From a virus (Duplodnaviria; Caudoviricetes): a stretch of 64,000 nt of DNA. The notes beneath the pieces were generated by a model, which was given only the letters and a program-made list of their open reading frames with translations, did not search any database and had not been told where the DNA came from. Made by a program: the position numbers and the translations under genes. Where the stretch lies: positions 1-64,000 of the IMG/VR virus record IMGVR_UViG_3300042997_001039; one strand, given 5' to 3'. Below are positions 57,848 through 64,000 of this stretch, piece by piece. How positions within the stretch are numbered: position 1 is the first letter of the stretch; each line of letters begins with the position of its first letter.

Positions 57848-58197
57848 TGCGATTAGTTGAGTTCGAAGTATCAAGCGTAAACACAGAAAAACTGGCTGCT
57901 TTAAGCCAGTTTCTGTTGTCTCGTACCGAAGATACCAATGCTAAGAAAACTATGCCGGTGTCAAGTTTTCTTGACCTAGCCAACAACATGGGTGTCGGCA
58001 TCACAGATGACCAATTACGCAATCTTGTACAACAACCCCCACTTAGCGAAATAATTGCCAATATCGAAGGCGATGCTGAAACTGGCACAATTACATTTAA
58101 AGGTGCTGAAGAAGTAGCACCTAATATGAGCGTGGATCAAGCTCGTGACACAGTCGACACAATGGCCAAACGAGCACTAAACAAAAAAGGACTTTGA
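57847..58197 (+). CDS. Hypothetical head-associated protein
   Basis: Starts MRLVE|F. Confidence 0.6.
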   Translation: MRLVEFEVSSVNTEKLAALSQFLLSRTEDTNAKKTMPVSSFLDLANNMGVGITDDQLRNLVQQPPLSEIIANIEGDAETGTITFKGAEEVAPNMSVDQARDTVDTMAKRALNKKGL

Positions 58198-58199
58198 TC

Positions 58200-58316
58200 A
58201 TGTTAGAAACAATTTTCTGGTTATTACTGGGTGCATTTGTGGGCTGGAATTTCCCCCAGCCAGATTTTGCCAAAGCTATCCAAGCAAAGATACTGGGCCT
58301 TTTTAAGAAATCGTGA
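58200..58316 (+). CDS. Small membrane protein (38 aa, not in the ORF track)
   Basis: Translated by hand: MLETIFWLLLGAFVGWNFPQPDFAKAIQAKILGLFKKS. GTGA overlap with the next gene. Confidence 0.7.
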   Translation: MLETIFWLLLGAFVGWNFPQPDFAKAIQAKILGLFKKS

Positions 58317-58891
58317 ACCTTGTTTATATTCACGGTGCCAGTGCCACCGGGGATAGTTTCAATTACATTCGGCACCATCTCGACCACCCTGACGAAATTG
58401 TCATAGAATACGACAGCCAAAATGGATTTGATCGTAATTTAGCAGACATGAAAAATATTGTCAGTAACATTGACAACATTGTGTTTGTGTGCCACAGTCT
58501 CGGCGGCATCTATGCCCTGCACTTGGCCTCTGCTTTTCCAGATCATATATTGGGTGCTGTAACAATGAGTACACCTTACGGTGGAGCCGAGTCAGCAGAC
58601 TATGCCAAATACTTTTTGCCATTTAACCGGTTGTTACGAGATATAGGACCCAACAGCGACCCAATGAAAACTGCCAGCCGTATTCAACTGCAGCATCCTT
58701 GGTTAAATGTAGTGACCACAAGAGGTGATAGTCCTTGGATAATGCAACCCAATGATGGCGTGGTTACTGTGAATAGCATGCGGCATAGATCTGAAATGCA
58801 GCTTCGGGAACTGTATATCAATCATTACGAAGTGGTAATGAGTCCCAAAACAGTTGATATCATCAAAGAGTTCGTGTATAATATTAAATAG
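58313..58891 (+). CDS. Alpha/beta hydrolase
   Basis: YIHGA, nucleophile elbow CHSLGG, STPYGG, NDGVV and NHYEVV. Confidence 0.88.
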   Translation: MNLVYIHGASATGDSFNYIRHHLDHPDEIVIEYDSQNGFDRNLADMKNIVSNIDNIVFVCHSLGGIYALHLASAFPDHILGAVTMSTPYGGAESADYAKYFLPFNRLLRDIGPNSDPMKTASRIQLQHPWLNVVTTRGDSPWIMQPNDGVVTVNSMRHRSEMQLRELYINHYEVVMSPKTVDIIKEFVYNIK

Positions 58892-58917
58892 TAATATAGA
58901 ACCCAAGGAGGTCTATT

Positions 58918-59265
58918 ATGAAACGTATATTTCTCGGTGTATTTTTAGCTGTCTTTCTTGTGGGCACCACACAAGCAGGTGGTTACGGCCGTGGCTACTA
59001 TAACGGCTATAACAATGGCTATCGCAATAGTTACAATAATGCCTGGGCCTGGGGCGGAGCAGCCTTTTTGGGAGGAGCCATCATTGGTGGAGCACTCACA
59101 TACGGAGCAAGACCTTATTATGCACCACCTCCTGTATACTATGCACCACCTCCTGTATACTATGCACCTCCGCCAGTATACTACACACCACCGCCGGCCA
59201 CTTATGTAGATCCAAATCCGGCACCAGTGCTGTACTGGGATAGTGTTTGTCAGTGTTATAGATAA
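58918..59265 (+). CDS. Secreted Gly/Tyr- and Pro-rich protein
   Basis: Signal peptide, a GGAIIGGAL hydrophobic segment and YAPPPVY repeats. Confidence 0.75.
   Translation: MKRIFLGVFLAVFLVGTTQAGGYGRGYYNGYNNGYRNSYNNAWAWGGAAFLGGAIIGGALTYGARPYYAPPPVYYAPPPVYYAPPPVYYTPPPATYVDPNPAPVLYWDSVCQCYR
59119..59196 (+). repeat. Coding tandem repeat with a 21-bp unit (YAPPPVY), about 3.7 copies
   Basis: TATGCACCACCTCCTGTATAC twice, then degenerate copies. Confidence 0.9.
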
Positions 59266-59274
59266 GGAAGCAAA

Positions 59275-59649
59275 ATGGCATATTCAGACAAAGTATTAGA
59301 TCATTACGAAAATCCTCGCAACGTAGGATCATTTGAAAAAGGTGACGACGACGTAGGCACAGGAATGGTAGGTGCACCCGCATGCGGTGATGTAATGAAA
59401 CTACAAATCAAAGTCCTGGACGGAATTATTACAGATGCACGATTCAAAACATACGGCTGCGGCTCGGCCATTGCCAGTTCGTCATTGGTTACTGAATGGG
59501 TCAAAGGGCGAACTCTTGACGAAGCAGCGACAATTAGAAATACTGAAATCGCTCAAGAACTCGCACTCCCGCCGGTTAAGATACATTGCAGCATCCTTGC
59601 AGAAGATGCTATCCGAGCAGCCATAGCAGACTACAGAAACAAACATTAA
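59275..59649 (+). CDS. iscU: Fe-S cluster scaffold IscU
   Basis: YSDKVLDHYENPRNVGS, GAPACGDVM, FKTYGCGSAIASSS and LPPVKIHCS. Confidence 0.97.
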   Translation: MAYSDKVLDHYENPRNVGSFEKGDDDVGTGMVGAPACGDVMKLQIKVLDGIITDARFKTYGCGSAIASSSLVTEWVKGRTLDEAATIRNTEIAQELALPPVKIHCSILAEDAIRAAIADYRNKH

Positions 59650-60527
59650 TGATATTACCAAATTTAGTATTGGTGATTCGTGCCAATTGCTGCTGGACAG
59701 AATCTGGTATTGATACATTATCTAGATGCCGTGATAAAAAAAGATTTCTCGAATATCCAGATCCGGTTGAATATTGTTACAACAGTCGCGGATTCCGTGA
59801 TGTTGAATGGCCCGAAGATCTGCAATCTGCCATATGGTGTGTCGGCGACAGCTTTACTGCTGGCATTGGGTCAGCATATGAAAACATATGGCCACAGAAA
59901 TTATCAGCTATAACTGGACGCAGAACAGTAAATGTTGCCATGGATGGAGCCAGTAATAATTGGATAGCTCAACGTGTAAAAGAAATTGCCAAGCATATCA
60001 ACCCAGAAAATATAGTTGTCATGTGGAGTTCGGTTGAACGTAGAGAAAAGTCAGCTGATGAAAGCCGTAACAAATTCTTCCAAAAGTTTTACAACGATGT
60101 TAAGGATCCATCTTGGCCAAACTGCCCAACAGCAGATAAATTCAATACCTTACCATTAGCAATAAGACAAGAATTAGCAAAGGATCACACAATTGGACTG
60201 CATTTACGTATTTCTAAGGATCTTGAATCAATTGAAATTATTAACCTTGATGAACTCAGAATAGTGCAGCTCATAGCCGAGCAAAATGAGCATATGAGCA
60301 ACTTTGAAAGTTGTGTAGAATTACTCAAAGATGTAAAATCAAACTTAATTTGTAGTTTTATTCCAGGCTTCGCAGAAGAACAATATCAAGCAGATTATGT
60401 CAAGGCATGTCGTTACGGACACATGTTGCCTATAATCAAGAAATTGGACCTGGCACGAGATGGCCATCATTTTGATAAAATAACTAGTCAGTGGGTGGCG
60501 GAGCAGATAGTGCCACTGTTGAAGTAA
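59649..60527 (+). CDS. SGNH/GDSL-like protein with an insertion
   Basis: YNSRGFRD, CVGDSFTAG, NVAMDGASN and RDGHHF. Start at 59649. Confidence 0.82.
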   Translation: MILPNLVLVIRANCCWTESGIDTLSRCRDKKRFLEYPDPVEYCYNSRGFRDVEWPEDLQSAIWCVGDSFTAGIGSAYENIWPQKLSAITGRRTVNVAMDGASNNWIAQRVKEIAKHINPENIVVMWSSVERREKSADESRNKFFQKFYNDVKDPSWPNCPTADKFNTLPLAIRQELAKDHTIGLHLRISKDLESIEIINLDELRIVQLIAEQNEHMSNFESCVELLKDVKSNLICSFIPGFAEEQYQADYVKACRYGHMLPIIKKLDLARDGHHFDKITSQWVAEQIVPLLK

Positions 60528-61644
60528 ACTGGTCTTTATTGTCAGGTTGCCAAATTGGACGTTCTTTTTCGTTTGCTTTTTCTATATTTTCTTCTGTGAT
60601 CAGTTGACCGATACCGGGATTATCTGTAATCCATCGATTATAAACATCTACACACTCATTGAAGTTTTTGATCATAAAACGTTTTTCTTTAAGAGTCTGC
60701 TTCTTAATAGGAACAGTTTCTACCATGATACCCAATTCAACCATGCGTTCAATAGACTTGTTAACTTGTAAGTAATTGCGATAATTATCTTTTAAAAAAT
60801 CACGACGGTCCTGGGGTAAAAATTGAACTATACTTTTGATATCGGCTGTTATTAATCCGGTACCTGCTTTGGAATTAGAATTGTGTGTTAATTGTGTAAA
60901 ACTTTCTGGCCGCTCTAATGCCAATGTGCCAATATCGCTGGCATAATAATGGCAGCGATTCCAGTCAGCAAAGTCTATGCCGTATGTGTCTTGCCAAGAA
61001 ATCTTGGGTTGACCTGCAAATATAGGAAGATTAATAATGTATTTTTCGATGTCTTTGAGATGAGTATCATATTTGAAATACGAAGCCACGTTAAAGTGTG
61101 CGTCACACCATTCTAAATAGATTTTGTAATCAACTAAAGTTTTAACAATAACTTCTGGATCAATAGTTATTTGTTCTTTGTAAAGATTAATAAAAGTATT
61201 TATTTTTTCTTCAGCAGAATATACATTAATTTTTTTAGTTACAGTATTGATACCCCAGCTGAGTGCATGTTCAAAAACATTTTCTCTGCGACAGGATATA
61301 ATAAAAAAGTTCTTGTTGAGATATTGATAGAATGGTATCTGTTCGGCCAATGTATCTTTTCTATTGCGTATATGGTAATGTGCAAGTCTGGAAGTTTTAT
61401 AATGGTCGCAGCCGTCTAATGTGCGTACTATTTCTTCTAGACTTTGGTAGTATCCCCAGGGCTGTTCTGGTTTACCCAATATCTCTCTGTTGAAATCCGG
61501 ACTGTAAAACTTGGTAATACCATTTGTAAGTTCGTGCAAATTGATTACCGGTCGATCATATTGGTGGAACTGCATGTAAACTGTAATCAGCCTTTGTAGT
61601 AAAGTACTGCCAACAGCATCTGGTGTTAAAATAAGTACGTTCAT
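60484..61644 (-). CDS. Sulfotransferase-like P-loop protein
   Basis: VLILTPDAVGSTLLQ resembles the 5'-PSB loop, and ISCRRENVFEHALS resembles the 3'-PB motif of Stf0-type enzymes. Start at 61644. Confidence 0.55.
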   Translation of the reverse strand: MNVLILTPDAVGSTLLQRLITVYMQFHQYDRPVINLHELTNGITKFYSPDFNREILGKPEQPWGYYQSLEEIVRTLDGCDHYKTSRLAHYHIRNRKDTLAEQIPFYQYLNKNFFIISCRRENVFEHALSWGINTVTKKINVYSAEEKINTFINLYKEQITIDPEVIVKTLVDYKIYLEWCDAHFNVASYFKYDTHLKDIEKYIINLPIFAGQPKISWQDTYGIDFADWNRCHYYASDIGTLALERPESFTQLTHNSNSKAGTGLITADIKSIVQFLPQDRRDFLKDNYRNYLQVNKSIERMVELGIMVETVPIKKQTLKEKRFMIKNFNECVDVYNRWITDNPGIGQLITEENIEKANEKERPIWQPDNKDQFTSTVALSAPPPTD

Positions 61645-61663
61645 GCGGGTATTTAAGTAAATA

Positions 61664-61692
61664 TTGACACAGTTCAAATTATCTGCTACAAT
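61664..61692 (+). promoter_or_regulatory. Sigma70 promoter TTGACA-17-TACAAT, with back-to-back TAAATA boxes at 61650-61663
   Basis: Direct motif. Confidence 0.7.
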
Positions 61693-61712
61693 AATCTAAT
61701 AGAGGAAATCAC

Positions 61713-62519
61713 ATGGCAAAACGTATTTTAATCATGGGCCTGCCCGGTTCTGGTAAAACAACAATGGCGACAGCACTTAAAAATCACATTGAAGACATCA
61801 AACATGAAGGTTATGGAATCACAGTCGAGTGGTTCAATGCCGACGAGATTAGAAAAAAATTCAACGATTGGGACTTTAGTGAAGCAGGTCGCATTCGTCA
61901 GAGTCTGCGTATGGATGATTTGGCTGCAAAATCCATAGCAGACTATGTAATCTGCGACTTTGTGGCACCATTGGTAGAAATGCGTAACAATTTCAAAGCT
62001 GATTGGACCATTTGGATGGATACAATTGAAAAAGGACGTTATGAGGATACCAATAAAGCATTTGTAGCTCCTACATTATATGACTTTCGCATCACAGAAC
62101 AAGATGCTGCCAAGTGGTCGGTGTTTGTAGCCGATCATATTTTAGCTGATCAACGCCGTCCTGTGTTTGACTGGCGTAAGGAAACAGTGCAAATGTTGGG
62201 TCGGTGGCAACCATGGCATACTGGACATCGTGCCTTGTTTGAGCGTTTGTTGCAGCGTACAGGACAAGTTATTATTCAAATCCGCGATGTGCAAGGTTGG
62301 CAAGGCAGCAATCCATTTGGTCTAGAGGAAGTTAAAGAATTCATACGTAGAGATCTAGATCCGTTGTACCAAGGCCAATATGATATTCAAATTGTACCCA
62401 ACATTGTACACATTGGCTGGGGGCGTGGCGTGGGATACACATCAGGTGAAGAGACATTTGACGAATCGATTACCAAGATTTCCGGTACTGATATCCGTCG
62501 ACAGATGGGCTTAAAATGA
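61713..62519 (+). CDS. cysC: Adenylylsulfate kinase-like domain fused to an HxGH nucleotidyltransferase
   Basis: GLPGSGKT, NADEIR, DFS..GR and DFVAP; then GRWQPWHTGH...ISGTDIR. Confidence 0.8.
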   Translation: MAKRILIMGLPGSGKTTMATALKNHIEDIKHEGYGITVEWFNADEIRKKFNDWDFSEAGRIRQSLRMDDLAAKSIADYVICDFVAPLVEMRNNFKADWTIWMDTIEKGRYEDTNKAFVAPTLYDFRITEQDAAKWSVFVADHILADQRRPVFDWRKETVQMLGRWQPWHTGHRALFERLLQRTGQVIIQIRDVQGWQGSNPFGLEEVKEFIRRDLDPLYQGQYDIQIVPNIVHIGWGRGVGYTSGEETFDESITKISGTDIRRQMGLK

Positions 62520-62728
62520 ATAAGTACTATATAAGATATAACACCAAACATGGAGAAGGTGATCTAGTATGGCGTGTCTTTGAAAACGGATCAGAATTTT
62601 TGGTACGCAATATTGACATTCGAGTTCCAGTGTTGGGTGAGTCTACCACGGAAGGTGATGTTGTAAAATGGAATATCGCCTGTAATGGTAGTATGGACAT
62701 AATCGACGGAGTCGCAATAATATCATGA
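62516..62728 (+). CDS. Small hypothetical protein
   Basis: 70 aa, YYIRYN...WRVFENG.E. Confidence 0.65.
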   Translation: MNKYYIRYNTKHGEGDLVWRVFENGSEFLVRNIDIRVPVLGESTTEGDVVKWNIACNGSMDIIDGVAIIS

Positions 62729-63051
62729 TTACCATAACTGAAACAGCAGCAAAGAAGATTGTCAGCAATATAGCCCGACGTGGGCAGGGAGTGGGCATTA
62801 AGGTGGGGGTAAAGACCACTGGCTGTTCTGGTCTTGCGTATGTGTTAGAATATCTGGACGAAGCACCATGCACATGGGACTGGACAGAGCACGAAAAAGA
62901 CGGAGCCAGAGTTTGGATAAATGCCAAGGATCTAGCATACATCGACGGACTCGAAATTGATTATGTCCGTAAAGGTCTTAACGAAGGCTTTGATTTTATC
63001 AATCCCAAGGAAGCAGCCCGTTGCGGTTGCGGAGAAAGCTTTACAATCTAA
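62725..63051 (+). CDS. iscA: A-type Fe-S carrier IscA
   Basis: IT.TE.AA, GVKTTGCSGLAY, G..IDY...GLNEGF.F.NP and CGCGESF. Confidence 0.96.
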   Translation: MITITETAAKKIVSNIARRGQGVGIKVGVKTTGCSGLAYVLEYLDEAPCTWDWTEHEKDGARVWINAKDLAYIDGLEIDYVRKGLNEGFDFINPKEAARCGCGESFTI

Positions 63052-63761
63052 TGATAACACAACGATACAGCTATATACCCATCGACAGAACTACTGTGGA
63101 TGGCAAAAGACATTACTGTTTGCCCGATGGAAAAAAAGTACCCAGTGTAACAACAATCCTAGATCGGACCAAGCCACAGGAAGCCAGAGATGCACTGGCA
63201 AACTGGCGAAAGAATGTAGGCGAACAACGTGCTCAACAAATCACTACAGAAGCAGCCAACAGAGGCACACGCATGCATGCCTACTTGGAAACTTATGTGA
63301 TGATGGACGAAATGAAGCCTTTGCCTGGCAACCCATTTGCACATCCTAGTTGGTTTATGGCTGCTGAGATTATTTTGCAAGGGCTAGTAAATGCTAACGA
63401 ATTCTGGGGTACAGAAGTTCCTGTGTATTATAGTGGGTTATATGCAGGCACCACAGACTTGGTGGGCAAGTGGAAGGATCAACCTGCCATCATGGATTTC
63501 AAGCAAAGCAACAAGGTCAAGAAGCGTGAGTACATCACTGACTACTTCTTGCAGCTGGCAGCATACGCACAAGCTCACAACGAAATGCACGGAACAGACA
63601 TCAACACCGGCGTTATTTTAATGGCTGTGCAGCCCAAACTGTTGGAAGATCACACTTACACCACGCCTCAGTATATGGAATTTGTTATTGAAGGCGACGA
63701 ATTTAAGTACTGGTCAAACGAATGGACCAAACGAGTTGAGCTATACTATCTAACAGCATAA
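63051..63761 (+). CDS. PD-(D/E)xK exonuclease (Cas4/lambda-exo-like)
   Basis: PSVTTIL, RGT.MH, E..V, YAGTTDL, DFKQS and QL.AY..A. Start at 63051. Confidence 0.9.
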   Translation: MITQRYSYIPIDRTTVDGKRHYCLPDGKKVPSVTTILDRTKPQEARDALANWRKNVGEQRAQQITTEAANRGTRMHAYLETYVMMDEMKPLPGNPFAHPSWFMAAEIILQGLVNANEFWGTEVPVYYSGLYAGTTDLVGKWKDQPAIMDFKQSNKVKKREYITDYFLQLAAYAQAHNEMHGTDINTGVILMAVQPKLLEDHTYTTPQYMEFVIEGDEFKYWSNEWTKRVELYYLTA

Positions 63762-63787
63762 ATACCTAATCAAATAGGTATACGTAA

Positions 63788-64000
63788 ATGGCCATTGTAC
63801 AAATCTCAAGAATTACCAACCGCAAAGGTTTAATAGAAAACCTGCCGCAGTTGGCTGGTGCCGAATTAGGGTGGGCAATTGATACTCGCCAACTGTTTAT
63901 TGGAAACGGAACACTCGAAGAAGGTGCGCCGGTTATCGGTAACACAGAAATTTTAACACAATTTTCCGACATTACTGCACTTAGTAACTATACTTACAAA
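63788..64000 (+). CDS. Tail fibre/collar-type virion protein, 3'-truncated
   Basis: Translated by hand: MAIVQISRITNRKG...LPQLAGAELGWAIDTRQLFIGNG. Late promoter at 63759-63764. Confidence 0.75.
   Translation, partial: MAIVQISRITNRKGLIENLPQLAGAELGWAIDTRQLFIGNGTLEEGAPVIGNTEILTQFSDITALSNYTYK

Noticed and set aside
59119-59196. 21-bp tandem repeat as a non-coding array or DGR variable region
   Set aside because: It is in frame and encodes YAPPPVY. No reverse transcriptase or adenine-specific repeat pair was seen in the window.
63051-63761. Cas4-like nuclease suggesting a CRISPR system
   Set aside because: No cas1/cas2 and no repeat-spacer array. Stand-alone PD-(D/E)xK exonucleases are routine in phages.
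1-64000. About 130 short or antisense ORFs in the six-frame track (for example 318-563, 8130-8504, 10637-11143, 30105-30488, 40834-41301, 57448-57837)
   Set aside because: They lie within or opposite well-supported genes, lack RBS or promoter signals and show no motifs. They are shadow ORFs.
1-64000. Stop-codon reassignment or an alternative genetic code
   Set aside because: Core genes are full length under the standard bacterial code, and TAA, TGA and TAG all act as stops.
1-64000. tRNA, rRNA or tmRNA genes
   Set aside because: Intergenic gaps are 120 bp or less and are explained by promoters and terminators. No cloverleaf or T-loop GTTCRA context was recognised by eye; tRNAscan-SE or ARAGORN would confirm.

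Overview
This is a 64 kb segment of a large T4-like (myovirus-type) dsDNA phage genome. It is about 95% coding and mostly on the + strand. Structural and packaging genes include neck, tail sheath and tube, gp4-like head completion, TerL and many probable internal head proteins. Replication and recombination genes include gp32, UvsX, UvsY, UvsW, primase, DnaB-like helicase, dNMP kinase, a gp62-like protein and two exonucleases. Accessory content is heavy: a ~10 kb glycosyltransferase/methyltransferase cluster, five scattered SGNH-like genes, a radical SAM-SDR pair, IscU/IscA, and a CysC-nucleotidyltransferase fusion opposite a sulfotransferase-like gene. IscU/IscA look proteobacterial, so a proteobacterial host is plausible (inference). 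The most unusual items are (1) a 183-aa miniature DnaE that keeps all three catalytic Asp, (2) a probably head-packaged fusion of a Pol-beta-type nucleotidyltransferase with an RNA-ligase-type domain, and (3) a dispersed phage glycan-building and decoration toolkit. The regulatory grammar is readable: sigma70 promoters, TAAATA late promoters, apparent leaderless starts and RBS-occluding hairpins. No tRNA, rRNA, CRISPR array, integrase or reverse transcriptase was seen. All calls come from motif recognition by eye; no database search was run.
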